This document shows, in pieces, positions 18,616 to 28,849 of a DNA stretch of 64,000 nt. The DNA comes from an uncultured Chloroflexia bacterium (lineage in GTDB: Bacteria; Chloroflexota; Limnocylindria; Limnocylindrales; CSP1-4), in contig CAWHDR010000001.1 in assembly GCA_963828165.1 (NCBI GenBank), forward strand, positions 192,001-256,000, written 5' to 3'. Below the pieces are notes generated by a model. That model saw only the letters and a program-made list of their open reading frames with translations, did not search any database and was not told the origin of the DNA. Each line of letters begins with the position of its first letter. The stretch's first letter is position 1. The position numbers and the translations under genes were made by a program.

Positions 18616-18650
18616 GGCCCCGAGCGGAGATTCCTGCGCGCTCCTCCGGG

Positions 18651-19493
18651 CTACCCTCGGACCGACCCGGACAGGAAGCTCCCGACGAGGTGACGCTGGA
18701 ACAGCGCGAACAGGATCGCGCTCGGGAGCGACACGAGCGTGGACGCAGCCATCAGCTGCGCCCACAGAGACTGCTCGATGTTCCTCCCGGTGAAGAACGC
18801 ATGGATCCCCACCGGCGCGGTAAAGCTGCTCTGGTCGCTCAAGAGGATGAACGCGAACAGGAAGTCGTTCCACGAAAGGATGAACGCGTACGCGCCCGCC
18901 GCCAGGAGCCCCGGGGTGGAGAGCGGCAGGACGATGTGACGAAGGACCTGGAGGAGGCTGGCGCCGTCGGTGTAGCCGGCTTCCTCGATCTCGACGGGGA
19001 TGACATCGTAGAAATCGCGCAGGACCCAGGTGCAGAACGGGATCGTCAGGCTGCTGTGGACCAGGACGAGCGCGGGGAGCGAGTTGACCTGCCCGAGGCC
19101 GACCAGCAGGACGAACAGCGGGACCGCGATGGTGACCGAGGGTACGGCGTAGTGGAGGATCAGCATGCCGCCCACCGTCCGGCGCCCGCGAAATCGCAGG
19201 CGTGCCAGGGCGAAGGCCGTTGGCGCCGCGATCAGGAGTGAGAGGACCATCGTGGCGGTCGCGACGCCGACACTCGTCAGCATCCAACCGACGAGGTCGG
19301 CCCGTCGCAGGGCGAGCGCATAGCTCGTGAGGTCCAACGCCACTGGAAGCGCGTCCGCAAGGTCCAGGGAAAGGAACCGGTCCGGGTTCTTGAAGGACGA
19401 GATGACGATCCACAGGAACGGAAAGATCACGACGGCCACCACAACGGCGGCGAACATCGAACGCGACCCATAGCGGATGCGCCGATGCATCAC
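18651..19493 (-). CDS. Carbohydrate ABC transporter permease (MalG-like)
   Basis: IEEAGYTDGAS EAA loop, FILSWNDFLFA. Confidence 0.9.
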   Translation of the reverse strand: MMHRRIRYGSRSMFAAVVVAVVIFPFLWIVISSFKNPDRFLSLDLADALPVALDLTSYALALRRADLVGWMLTSVGVATATMVLSLLIAAPTAFALARLRFRGRRTVGGMLILHYAVPSVTIAVPLFVLLVGLGQVNSLPALVLVHSSLTIPFCTWVLRDFYDVIPVEIEEAGYTDGASLLQVLRHIVLPLSTPGLLAAGAYAFILSWNDFLFAFILLSDQSSFTAPVGIHAFFTGRNIEQSLWAQLMAASTLVSLPSAILFALFQRHLVGSFLSGSVRG

Positions 19494-20348
19494 CGCGCCC
19501 TCGCGCTGACCCGGAACACGACCGCAAGTGCCACGACGCCGGCCAGGAATACGACGAGGCCGACAGCCGACGCACGACCCATGTCGAGCGCTCGAAATGC
19601 CTGGTTGTACAGCAACAATGGAAGGGTGGTCGTGGAGCCAGACGGCCCGCCGCCGGTCAGCAGGAAGGTGATGTCGAACAGCGCGAAGTTGTAGATCCCG
19701 GACAGGACGCCGGCCAAGGCGATGGACGGCAACAGGTGCGGGAGGACCACGTGGGTGAAGCTGGCAAACGGGCCCGCGCCGTCGACACGGGCCGCGTCGA
19801 CGATCTCGCGCGACAGGGATTGGAGCGACGCGAGGATCAGATGAAGACGAGCGGCAATCCCTTCCAGGCGTGGGCCAGCGTCACCCAGGCCGTCGCCCAG
19901 CCGCGCTCGCCCAGGAACGAGATCGGTTCCGAGAAGAAGCCGGTCGCCAGGCCGATCTGGTTGAACAGGCCGTAGTTGGTGTTGCCGAGCCAGAGGAAGC
20001 CGGTCGCTACGGCGACGGTCGGGATGGCCCACGGCATGGTGACGATCGAGCGCAGGAACGCCCGGCCGGCCAGTGGCCGGTTGAGCAGGAGCGCCAACGG
20101 CACCGCTACGAGGATCTCGAGCAATACGGATCCGACGCTGATGAGCAGGCTGTTCCAGAACGCCGGCAGGAACGCGGGACCCGTCAGCCAGGCAGGTTGG
20201 CGAGACCGAATGCGCCCGAGTCCTTCTCGATCAGGCTCTGGACGACGACCCATACGAAGGGCGCCAGGACGACCGTTGCGGTCAGGAAGACGGCCGGACC
20301 GACCAGGGCCAGCCCGGCCGCCTGGAAGTACGACCGGCTGCCGATCAC
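19490..20348 (-). CDS. Carbohydrate ABC transporter permease (MalF-like; two apparent frameshifts, near 20194 and 19840)
   Basis: Three consecutive frames: VIGSRSYFQAAGLALVGPAVFL...FGLANL / AWLTGPAFLPAFWNSL...AWKGLPLVFI / LILASLQSLSREIVDAARVDGA...TGGGP. Confidence 0.8.
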
Positions 20349-20373
20349 CCGAGCGTTGCTCCCCTTGCCGAAC

Positions 20374-21726
20374 TCAGCCCAGCGCTGCCTTGATCGTCTC
20401 GAGCGCGAACTCCATCACTTCTTCCGGGGACTGGTCGTCGGTGACGAGGCGGTCACCGATCTGCTTCTCGACATCGGTGGCGGTCAGCGCGGAGTCCTTC
20501 GCGCTCGGGCCCCAGTAGCCCGTCCCGATCACGCCCACCTTCAGGGACTCGCCACCGAGCTCGATGAATTCACGGATCGGCGCGATCCGCGGGTTGTTCA
20601 GGTAGGTGTCCGTGTAGGCGTCCTGGAGCATCGGCACCCAGCCGACCACCGTACGACCAAGGTATTCCTGGAAGTTGTCTGGCTCCAACTGGAATTCGAT
20701 CGCGAGGCGGGCGATATCGGGCGACTTCGCCTTCGTCGGGATGGTGTTTCCCTGGAAGTCCAGGGACGCTCCCTTGGCTCCCTCCTTGCGCGGATAGAGG
20801 AATCCGCCGAAGCGGGGCAGGTCTTCCGGCTTGAAGTTCGCGGCCATGCTCGTCGTCGTCAGCATGTGCGCGACCTTGCCGTCCACGTAGAGCTGGCGGG
20901 ACTCGAGGTCACTCTGGGACATGCTCCCCGGTGGCGAGTAACTGGCGAGGTCCTTGAAGAACTGCCAGGCCTGGAGCGTCTCGGGCCGATCGAGCGCGAG
21001 CTGGTCCTGCTCGTCGAAGTAGTACGCCCCGTGGGTCCACATCGCCGACTTCAGATTCCACGTGTCGGAGATGGCCTGGTTCGTGACGATGCACCCGTAG
21101 ACGTCCGGTGGGTTGTGCACCGCCGCGATGTTCTCGAGCAGCTGCTCGTGGCTCTCCGGTGCCTGCAGGCCCTTGGCTTCGTACAGGTCCTTGCGGTAGT
21201 AGATGAAGAACGGGAAACCCGTCTGGGGAACGGTGTAGGTATTGCCATCCACGGTGATGCCGTCCAGGGCCGCGGGGATGAACCGATCGCGACCGATCAT
21301 GTCGATCAGGTCGTTGACCGGCTGGGTCAGCCCATCGACGCCGTAGGTATACATGAACTGGCTGTAGGCATAGAGCATGTCCGGAACGGCGCCGGCGGCG
21401 TGCCCCGCCGTGAGCTTGGTCGTGTCGTCCCCGTACGGAACCGTCAATTGGCTGAGCGCCACGCCCGGGTACTGCCGTGCGAACTCCTGGCCCCACCACT
21501 TCTCGGCGGCGAGCGCGTCGTCGCGCGTGTCAGGCGTCCAGCTTTCAAGGGTGCCGGTGAGCGCGTCTCCGCTGCTACCAGCCGGAGGGCTCGAAGTCCC
21601 GGGGCTGGCGGGGCTGGCGGGGCTGGCGGGGCTGCATGCCGCGGCCAGCGGCGCGAGCGCCAGCGCGGCTCCGCCTGCCGCGCCTGATTGGAGTAACTGT
21701 CGCCTTGATAGGCGCGTCGCGAGCAT
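20374..21726 (-). CDS. Carbohydrate ABC transporter substrate-binding lipoprotein (CUT1, Tat signal)
   Basis: SRRQLL twin-arginine motif, LAAAC lipobox, AVPDML, IYYRKDLY. Confidence 0.88.
   Translation of the reverse strand: MLATRLSRRQLLQSGAAGGAALALAPLAAACSPASPASPASPGTSSPPAGSSGDALTGTLESWTPDTRDDALAAEKWWGQEFARQYPGVALSQLTVPYGDDTTKLTAGHAAGAVPDMLYAYSQFMYTYGVDGLTQPVNDLIDMIGRDRFIPAALDGITVDGNTYTVPQTGFPFFIYYRKDLYEAKGLQAPESHEQLLENIAAVHNPPDVYGCIVTNQAISDTWNLKSAMWTHGAYYFDEQDQLALDRPETLQAWQFFKDLASYSPPGSMSQSDLESRQLYVDGKVAHMLTTTSMAANFKPEDLPRFGGFLYPRKEGAKGASLDFQGNTIPTKAKSPDIARLAIEFQLEPDNFQEYLGRTVVGWVPMLQDAYTDTYLNNPRIAPIREFIELGGESLKVGVIGTGYWGPSAKDSALTATDVEKQIGDRLVTDDQSPEEVMEFALETIKAALG
21601..21634. repeat. 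9-bp tandem repeat (GGGGCTGGC)x3.8 encoding the SPA linker
   Basis: Read directly from the sequence. Encodes SPASPASPASP after the lipidated Cys. Confidence 0.8.
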
Positions 21727-21740
21727 CAGCAGCACCTCCT

Positions 21741-21796
21741 AGGAAACGTTTCCTCCCCGTCAGGTGAGCATAGAGACCGCGCTGCGGCAGTGTCAA
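21741..21796 (-). promoter_or_regulatory. Sigma70-type promoter plus perfect LacI-type operator
   Basis: Minus-strand TTGACA(21796-21791)-N18-TATGCT(21772-21767). Perfect 14-bp palindrome AGGAAACGTTTCCT at 21741-21754, abutting the RBS. Confidence 0.78.
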
Positions 21797-21849
21797 TACG
21801 GATGTGGCCGGTCGGGCGACCCGGCGTCGGTGGACGGGAGCGCGCCGGG

Positions 21850-22605
21850 CTATCGAGCGCCGGTGATGAACGCCACGACCTCTTCGCCGCTCGTCGCCTC
21901 GACGTTCAGGTTTGCCACGAGGACTCCCCGACGCAACACCAGCACACGCGTGCAGACAGAGAAGATGTGCTGCAGGTTGTGGGCGACGACGAGGATGGCC
22001 ATGTCCCCGCGCCCTGCCGTGTGCGTGATCATCTCCAGGACACCTGCCGATTCCTGCACACCGAGCGCGGCGGTGGGCTCGTCGAGGAGCAGCAGGTGCC
22101 GACCCCAGTAGGCGGCTTTGCTGATGGCAACCACCTGACGCTGGCCACCGGACATCTGGTCGATCGGCGCGTCGAGATCCGGGAACCGCGCCGGCAGCTG
22201 GGCCACCGCGGCCCTGGCTCGGGTCACCATCTCCTGCTTCCGCAGCAGGCCGAACCGCTCCAGCCATCCGGTCCGGACCAGCTCCCGCCCCAGGAACAGG
22301 TTCTCCGTGAGGTCGAACATCTCCACGAGGGCGAGGTCCTGGTACACGGTCTCGACGCCCGCCGCCCGCGCATCGGCCGGCGAGGCGAAATCGTGCTTCG
22401 TCCCGTCAAGGTGGATGTCGCCACTGTCCGGTCGAAGGACTCCGGCGATGCATTTGATGAGCGTCGATTTGCCGGCGCCGTTGTCGCCGACCAGCCCGAC
22501 GACCTCACCCCGGTGGATCTCGAAGCTCACGTTCTTCAGCGCCGCCACCGAGCCATAGCTCTTACTGACCCCCTCAACGGCCAGCAGGGCAGCCTGGTCC
22601 GTCAC
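21850..22605 (-). CDS. Sugar ABC transporter ATP-binding protein (single domain)
   Basis: GDNGAGKST, YQDLAL, MSGGQRQ, LLLDEPTAALG. Confidence 0.92.
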   Translation of the reverse strand: MTDQAALLAVEGVSKSYGSVAALKNVSFEIHRGEVVGLVGDNGAGKSTLIKCIAGVLRPDSGDIHLDGTKHDFASPADARAAGVETVYQDLALVEMFDLTENLFLGRELVRTGWLERFGLLRKQEMVTRARAAVAQLPARFPDLDAPIDQMSGGQRQVVAISKAAYWGRHLLLLDEPTAALGVQESAGVLEMITHTAGRGDMAILVVAHNLQHIFSVCTRVLVLRRGVLVANLNVEATSGEEVVAFITGAR

Positions 22606-23636
22606 AGCTCGAACCGGACGTCTGGCTTGCCGCGCGCGAGCCGTGCCTGGTCGAGCGCGACAGCCGTCACGAGGAGCCCTCCACGAACGACTTCCTGCCA
22701 GAACGACGTGATCCGGAGCAGCGTCAGACCGTTGTCCAGGACCGCGAGGATGAGGATGGCAAGGACCGTCCCCGCCATCGTCCCACGACCGCCGTTCAGG
22801 CTGGCGCCGCCAAGGATGATGCCGGTGATGGCGAGCAGTTCGAGACCTTGCCCGGTCGTCGGGCTGATCGCGCCGAGCTGCGACACGACGATCAGCGCGG
22901 CCAGGCCGACGCTGACCCCCGTCAGCAGGAAGCCGATGATGACATTGCGCTCGAGCCCGATCCCGGCGAGCAAAGCCGCCCGCGGATTGGCTCCCATGCC
23001 GTACATGTGGCGGCCATACCGAGTCTGACTCATGACCACCCAGAACGCGGCGAGCACGGCCAGCAGGATGAACACGCTGAATGGCACACCGATGCCGGCG
23101 ATGTCGATCCGGGTCCGCCCGAGGAAGTCGAAATCCTCGACCGGGATGTTGCGCCCCGACCCCTCGAGTTTCGCGATGCCGCGGAAGGCGGCGAGGGTCC
23201 CAAGCGTCGCGATGAGCGAGTTCACACGGAGTTTCGTGATCGCGAGCGCGTTGATGACGGCGACGAGCAGCGCGGCGCCCATGGCGGCGACGATCGCCGC
23301 GGCGAGCCCGTGACCGGCCTCCGCCACCAGCGCCAGGGTGGTCGCCGAGAATGCGACAGCAGAACCGACTGAGAGATCCACCTGCCGGGCGACCAGGAGC
23401 AGTGTCAACGGCGCCGCGATGATGCCGACCACGACCGTGTTCAGGGTCACGTTCAACAGGTTCCCGGGCGTCAGGAAGAACGGGGTCTGGATCGTGAAGA
23501 ACAGGCAGGTGGCGACGAGCGCGACGAGGCGTGCCGTCATGGGAGTCAGGATCGACCTACGAACCTGCGCCCCTTTCGCGCGGGATGGCGGTTGGCCCGC
23601 TGCGAGTCCACCTTCTGGCTGCGCGCCCTTGATCAC
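22602..23636 (-). CDS. Sugar ABC transporter permease (RbsC-like)
   Basis: VDLSVGS, ILGGASLNGGRG. Start uncertain. Confidence 0.9.
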   Translation of the reverse strand: MIKGAQPEGGLAAGQPPSRAKGAQVRRSILTPMTARLVALVATCLFFTIQTPFFLTPGNLLNVTLNTVVVGIIAAPLTLLLVARQVDLSVGSAVAFSATTLALVAEAGHGLAAAIVAAMGAALLVAVINALAITKLRVNSLIATLGTLAAFRGIAKLEGSGRNIPVEDFDFLGRTRIDIAGIGVPFSVFILLAVLAAFWVVMSQTRYGRHMYGMGANPRAALLAGIGLERNVIIGFLLTGVSVGLAALIVVSQLGAISPTTGQGLELLAITGIILGGASLNGGRGTMAGTVLAILILAVLDNGLTLLRITSFWQEVVRGGLLVTAVALDQARLARGKPDVRFEL

Positions 23637-23687
23637 CTCACGAACCGTCGCTACGGCTGAGGGACCGTTCGCTGATCCGCAACGATC

Positions 23688-24743
23688 TCAGCGGGCCGCG
23701 TAGAACTCGTCGATGTTGTCGGCGTTGATAAAGAGGTGCTCGACCAGAACCTCCGTCGCCACCGTCTCGCCCTTGGCGAGAGCGATCGCGAGGGGCATCA
23801 CCAGCTCGCCATACGTCTCTGGGAAGTAGGCCACGGATCCCACCCACTGGGGCTCGTTCCGGATCGCGTCGCGAACGCTCGGGTCGGCTCCGTGCGTCGC
23901 GACCCAGACCTGGTCCTTGCGCCCCGCCACTTCGGCGGCACCCAAGGCGGCAGAACCCATCCCGTCGCCCGACGGCGAGATCACGAGGATGGTCTTCGCC
24001 TCCGGTAAGGTCGTGAGGATGTCGGCCATCTGGCGGCGCGAGTTCTCCGGCTGGTCAGGGCCGCCCGCGAACGTGTCCACCGAGAAGTATTTGTCCCGCG
24101 GGATCGGGCCGCACACGCCCTCGAACCCCTCCACGCTTCCACCCGCCCGAGCAGCATTGATTTCGGCGATCGTCGGAAAATCGAGCGTGATGTAGGCGTC
24201 GTACTGGCATCCGAACTTCTCGGAAGCGAAATCTCCGAGCCCCTTCCCGGCGACCAATCCGGCCTCGCGGTTGTTCGCACCCACGAAGGTTTCCTGACAC
24301 GGCTCCTCCGGCGTGTCGATCGCGACCGTCGGAAGGTTGCCGTAGGCCTCGCAGACCGCTTCCGACGAGTCGGGGAAGAACTGCCAGTTGATCATCGAGT
24401 CCAGCTCCTGGGCTGCGAGTGTCCGGGCGCATGTCAACGCCTTTTCGGCCTCGAACGCGCTGTCACATTCGGAGAGCTCGACGCCAGCCTTGACCGCCTC
24501 AGCTCGGATGCCCTCGGTGACGAGGAGCACGAACGGATCGCTGTCCCCGCCGGAGATGTAGCCGATCCGATGCGTCTCGCCGGGTCCGGACGGGGTCGAT
24601 GACGATCCGGCACCGCTCGACGGGGACGCAGAGGCTCCGGCATCGGCGGTCGGCGCCGACGACGCTACCGGTGTGGAGCAGGCTGCGGCGGCGAGGACCA
24701 CGACCGCGAGAAAGGTCGGCCAGCGAACTGGCTTGCGCCGCAT
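23688..24743 (-). CDS. Sugar ABC transporter substrate-binding lipoprotein (same subfamily as 3956/8571)
   Basis: LAAAAC lipobox, IGYISGGDSDPFV, ECDS, PC..FVGANNREAG, AYFPETYG. Confidence 0.87.
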   Translation of the reverse strand: MRRKPVRWPTFLAVVVLAAAACSTPVASSAPTADAGASASPSSGAGSSSTPSGPGETHRIGYISGGDSDPFVLLVTEGIRAEAVKAGVELSECDSAFEAEKALTCARTLAAQELDSMINWQFFPDSSEAVCEAYGNLPTVAIDTPEEPCQETFVGANNREAGLVAGKGLGDFASEKFGCQYDAYITLDFPTIAEINAARAGGSVEGFEGVCGPIPRDKYFSVDTFAGGPDQPENSRRQMADILTTLPEAKTILVISPSGDGMGSAALGAAEVAGRKDQVWVATHGADPSVRDAIRNEPQWVGSVAYFPETYGELVMPLAIALAKGETVATEVLVEHLFINADNIDEFYAAR

Positions 24744-24830
24744 GTCGAATCCGGGACCGGTGTACAGCACGTTCCCTCCTCCACTCATCACGCGGCGCGC
24801 GACGTCCGATGGACGTCCAGCCGCAAGCAA

Positions 24831-24844
24831 GAAAACGATACCAG
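24831..24844. promoter_or_regulatory. Putative LacI-type operator in a divergent intergenic region
   Basis: GAAAACGATACCAG. Shares GAAAACGATA with 28761. Confidence 0.45.
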
Positions 24845-24874
24845 AGTGACCCCGCTGTCTGATAGTCTCCTGCT

Positions 24875-25648
24875 GTGTTCGAGATCGCATCGGGTCGCAA
24901 GGCGGTCATCACCGGTGGTGCTTCCGGCTTCGGTTTCGGGGTCGCGGAGCGGCTGCTGGAAGCCGGAGCATCGGTCGCGATCGCCGATGTCGATGCTGCG
25001 GCCGTCAAGGCCGCCGGGGATCGCCTGCGCGGCGCGGTGACGATCGTCATGGACGTCACGGACCGCTCTTCCGTGGTCGCCGGCATCGGTCAGGCGGCCG
25101 AAACGTTCGGTGGCCTGGACACCCTGGTCAACTGCGCCGGCGTGTTCGAATTCCGGCCGTTCGAGGAAATCTCCGAGCGAGAATGGGACTGGATCCTCGA
25201 CGTCAACCTCAAGGGGGTCTTCCTCTCTTGCCAGGTCGCGCTCCCTCATCTGCGAGCCAGCGGCCGCGGCCGGGTCGTCAACATCTCGTCCGACGCGGGC
25301 AAGAAGGGATACGCGTTGATCGCGAGCTATGTGGCCTCGAAGTTCGGGGTCGTGGGCTTGACGGAGTCCCTCGCTGCGGAGTTCGGGCAATTCGGCGTGA
25401 CCGTGAACGCGGTCTGTCCATCGACGGTAGCCGAGACCCGCATGGGCCAGAAGGTGCTCGAACAAAAGGTCGACCTGTTCAGCAAGCCACCGGAGCGGGT
25501 GCTCGCCGAAGGTGCCCAGTCCTACCCGCTCCGACGACTGGGCACGGTCGCCGACGTGGCCGACACGATCATGTTCCTGATCTCCGACAGCGCCGGTTGG
25601 ATCAGCGGCGAGTCGATCAACATCGACGGTGGGAATTTGTCGGGCTGA
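24875..25648 (+). CDS. SDR family oxidoreductase
   Basis: TGGASGFG, NCAG, YVASK. Confidence 0.9.
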   Translation: MFEIASGRKAVITGGASGFGFGVAERLLEAGASVAIADVDAAAVKAAGDRLRGAVTIVMDVTDRSSVVAGIGQAAETFGGLDTLVNCAGVFEFRPFEEISEREWDWILDVNLKGVFLSCQVALPHLRASGRGRVVNISSDAGKKGYALIASYVASKFGVVGLTESLAAEFGQFGVTVNAVCPSTVAETRMGQKVLEQKVDLFSKPPERVLAEGAQSYPLRRLGTVADVADTIMFLISDSAGWISGESINIDGGNLSG

Positions 25649-25717
25649 GAGTCAACAGCAGGCGTGCCGACGGCGAACGCCGGGGCCGAAGGACGCCCAC
25701 CAACACGGGAGGCTCGG

Positions 25718-26854
25718 ATGACGGCTGACGCATCGGGCTGGATCGAGCAGATGCTGGTCGAAGCGGTCGGCCCCGAGGGTGCCGAACCGATCGACGGCGA
25801 TCAGGTCGTCCGGTACTCCGAGACTCTCGGCCGGAGGGTGCGATCGGACGCGACCTGGGCTGAAGCCGCGGTCTCCACCTATACCAAGGCCGTGGAGGCG
25901 ATCAGGGCCGGCGACTGGGATCGTGCCGCGCAGTACGTCGACTTCTTCGTCGATGAAGCCGCCGTCATCTATGGCGTGTTCCGCGGTCTGATCCCGGACG
26001 CCATCTTGTTCCTGGAGCAGCGGGGCGTTGCCCGCCCGAAGCTCCTCGAGATCAACCGACGGCTGCTGGACCTGATCCGGTTGCCGGGCGGGCGGCCGTT
26101 CGTGGCGCGCTCGCGGTGGGCCGAGTTCCAGGCCGACGTTCGCGCCTGCGTGGTCGCGTGCGGCAATGGAGCGACTGATGACGCCCTGGCCCACCTCGCT
26201 GAAGCGAAGGAGACCTGGCGCCAGATCCAGGACCGGGACGTGGATCACCTCTACGGCCTGCTGAACGAGGCGGTGGTGTTCTGGGGAGAACCGGTTGTCG
26301 GTGAGTTCTGGGATGCCATCATCGGCCCCCTGTTCACCGCGCGGTACGAGAAGTTCGACGTCGCGCGGAACCCGTGGGAGGACTCGCTCTGGACGAACGT
26401 GTACCTCGCCTTCGAGGCCATGCGAGGGCATCTCGTCGGGCCGGATCGCGACGGCACGATGGAGTTCAGCGAGGACGCCGAGCGATACACGTGGCGGTTC
26501 GACCCGTGCGGGAGCGGGGGGAGATCGCTGCGGGGCGATCACATCGAGGGCTCGCCGCCAAGGATGGAGGCGCCGTTCGAATATGGCGTGACCGAGGACG
26601 AATACGACTTCGCCTGGAACAAGAAGGGCGTCTGCTACTACTGCGTCAATTGCTGCGTCGTGATGCAGCTCAAGCCGATCGATACGTTCGGCTACCCGGT
26701 TCGAGTCGTCGAACCGCCGACGTACCCGGATCGAGGAGACGCGAAGTGCGTCTGGCACGTGTACAAGGATCCTTCGATGGTCCCCGAGCGGTACTACACG
26801 GACGTCGGCCGGACGAAGCCCGCGACCATCGGGCAGAAGCCGGCGAGCGACTGA
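25718..26854 (+). CDS. Uncharacterised His/Cys-motif protein, paralogue 2 of 3
   Basis: EAMRGHLVGP, RFDPCGSGGR, GVCYYCVNCC, KCVW, GRTKP. RBS GGGAGG. The stop is immediately followed by the Gfo ATG. Confidence 0.85.
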   Translation: MTADASGWIEQMLVEAVGPEGAEPIDGDQVVRYSETLGRRVRSDATWAEAAVSTYTKAVEAIRAGDWDRAAQYVDFFVDEAAVIYGVFRGLIPDAILFLEQRGVARPKLLEINRRLLDLIRLPGGRPFVARSRWAEFQADVRACVVACGNGATDDALAHLAEAKETWRQIQDRDVDHLYGLLNEAVVFWGEPVVGEFWDAIIGPLFTARYEKFDVARNPWEDSLWTNVYLAFEAMRGHLVGPDRDGTMEFSEDAERYTWRFDPCGSGGRSLRGDHIEGSPPRMEAPFEYGVTEDEYDFAWNKKGVCYYCVNCCVVMQLKPIDTFGYPVRVVEPPTYPDRGDAKCVWHVYKDPSMVPERYYTDVGRTKPATIGQKPASD

Positions 26855-27931
26855 ATGCGTCGGGTGCGCGTCGGCGTCGCCGGCGTCGGCCACTGGGCGA
26901 GGACGGCCCATCTTCCGGCGGTGACGTCGCATCCCGGGGCCGAGCTCGTCGCGATCGCCGATCCCGATCGGTCGAACCTTGAACGGTCGCGTGTTCGGTA
27001 CGGGGTGGAGGCCTCCTTCGATGACCCGTTCGAGATGCTCGCGCGATGCGATCTCGACGCCGTGATCGTCGCCACGCCCCATGCCTACCACTACGGGATC
27101 GGAATGACGGCGATCGAGCGAGGCTGCCATGTCCTGATCGAGAAACCGCTCGTCCTGGACCCGGCCGACGGCAGGCGACTGATCGCGGCGGCCACCGCCC
27201 GAGGCGTGGAGATCGTGGTCGGCTACACCTGGCACTACAACCGTCAGGTGCTGCGGGCCCGGGACTGGATCGGCGGGGGTCGGCTCGGATCGATCCAGTA
27301 CGTCCAGTCGTTCTTCGGGTCAAGCCCCATCAACCTGTACCGCGGTGACCCTGAGGCGGACGTGTACGCCTATGGTGCAGGCGAATCATTCGACGGGCCC
27401 CTGAAGACGACCTACTCGGAGCCCCGGCTCGCCGGTGGCGGCCAGGGCCAGACGCAGCTCACACATAGCATCGCCTTGCTGCTGTTCATGACGGCACTCG
27501 ACCCCGAACGGGTGTCCGCGTTCATGGAGAACCACTCGACGGCCGTCGACGTCGTTGACGCCGTCTCGGTCCGCTTCCGTGGCGGAGCGCTCGGTGTCAT
27601 CGGCAGCACGGGCGCCGTGATGCCGGTGAGCCACACCGATACGCTCGAATACATCATCCATGGGTCGGAGGGACACCTTCACTTCGATGTGATGGACGGG
27701 TCGCTGCGGCTCTTTGCCCGCGACGGACAGGTCGACGAGCCCACCTTGGCCCCTGCCGACCGCTATCCCCAGTCCAGCCCGGCCCGCAACCTCATCGACG
27801 TGGCCCTAGGCGCGGACGCCAACGGTTCTCCGGCTGCGATCGGCCAACGGACCGTGGAGGTCCTCCATGCCGCATACCGGAGCGCCGAGCTGGATGGAAC
27901 GGCAATCGACGTGGAGGGATCTGCAACATGA
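26855..27931 (+). CDS. Gfo/Idh/MocA family oxidoreductase
   Basis: GVAGVGHW, VATPH, IEKP, YSEPRLAGGGQGQTQLTH. Confidence 0.9.
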   Translation: MRRVRVGVAGVGHWARTAHLPAVTSHPGAELVAIADPDRSNLERSRVRYGVEASFDDPFEMLARCDLDAVIVATPHAYHYGIGMTAIERGCHVLIEKPLVLDPADGRRLIAAATARGVEIVVGYTWHYNRQVLRARDWIGGGRLGSIQYVQSFFGSSPINLYRGDPEADVYAYGAGESFDGPLKTTYSEPRLAGGGQGQTQLTHSIALLLFMTALDPERVSAFMENHSTAVDVVDAVSVRFRGGALGVIGSTGAVMPVSHTDTLEYIIHGSEGHLHFDVMDGSLRLFARDGQVDEPTLAPADRYPQSSPARNLIDVALGADANGSPAAIGQRTVEVLHAAYRSAELDGTAIDVEGSAT

Positions 27932-28710
27932 CGAGCCTCTCTGGCGAGGGCAACGAGCCAGGAACCCGGGTCGCCATCATCACCGGGGCCGGTGGCGGGC
28001 TCGGTGGCGCCGTCGCCAGGTTGCTGGCGGAAGGGGGCGGCTATCGACTGTGCCTGGTGGACAACCGTCTGGACGCCGTTGAGGGGGTCAGAGCCGAGCT
28101 CGCCGCCTCAGGTGCCGACGTCATGGCGCTCGTCGTGGATCTCGGCGTGTCGGACGAGGCCGAGTCGGTCGTGCCGAAGACGATCGAAGCATTCGGCCGC
28201 CTCGACGTGCTCGTCAACGCCGCGGCGATCCTTCACCGGCAAGCGTACGAGGAGGTCACGCCGCGGGATTTCGACGACGTCTTCCATGTCAACACCCTGG
28301 CCCCGTTCCTCCTGTCGCGCGCGGCGATCCCGGAGATGGCTCGGCGAAACTGGGGACGCATCGTCAATGTGACCTCGACGGGCGTCTACGAGGGCGGCTT
28401 CACGATGACATCCGCGTTGTACGAATCCTCCAAGGGCGCGGTGGCCGTGCTCACGAAGATGCTCGCCCGCCATGGAGCCGAGATGGGCGTCCTCGTGAAT
28501 ACCGTCTGCCCTGGTGGGATGCGGACGGGGATGCTTCTCAACGAGACATCACCGGAGCTGGTCGCGAAGGCCGAACGAGAGATGATTCCCCTGCATCGCC
28601 TTGCCGACCCGACTGAGGTCGGCCGGATCATCGCGTGGCTGGTCAGCGACCTGAACACGTATGCGACCGGGGCCGAGTTCGATATCACCGGCGGTCTGGC
28701 GCTCCACTAG
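27928..28710 (+). CDS. SDR family oxidoreductase
   Basis: TGAGGGLG, NAA, YESSK. Confidence 0.9.
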   Translation: MTSLSGEGNEPGTRVAIITGAGGGLGGAVARLLAEGGGYRLCLVDNRLDAVEGVRAELAASGADVMALVVDLGVSDEAESVVPKTIEAFGRLDVLVNAAAILHRQAYEEVTPRDFDDVFHVNTLAPFLLSRAAIPEMARRNWGRIVNVTSTGVYEGGFTMTSALYESSKGAVAVLTKMLARHGAEMGVLVNTVCPGGMRTGMLLNETSPELVAKAEREMIPLHRLADPTEVGRIIAWLVSDLNTYATGAEFDITGGLALH

Positions 28711-28730
28711 CGCCGCGCGTCGCAAGCACG

Positions 28731-28772
28731 TTGACAGTCGAGCTGGCGAGCCAGTACGGTGAAAACGATATC
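28731..28772 (+). promoter_or_regulatory. Sigma70-type promoter plus putative operator
   Basis: TTGACA(28731)-N18-TACGGT(28755), directly followed by GAAAACGATATC. Confidence 0.6.
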
Positions 28773-28849
28773 TCAGGTGCGTTCCGACCCTTGAACCCGC
28801 GCCCTCCACTCCCTCGGTCGAGCGGGCCGGACGCCTATCGGGAGGAATC

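Noticed and set aside
21601-21634. 9-bp tandem repeat as a phase-variation locus
   Set aside because: The unit is in frame and encodes an ordinary SPA lipoprotein linker like those in the other SBPs.
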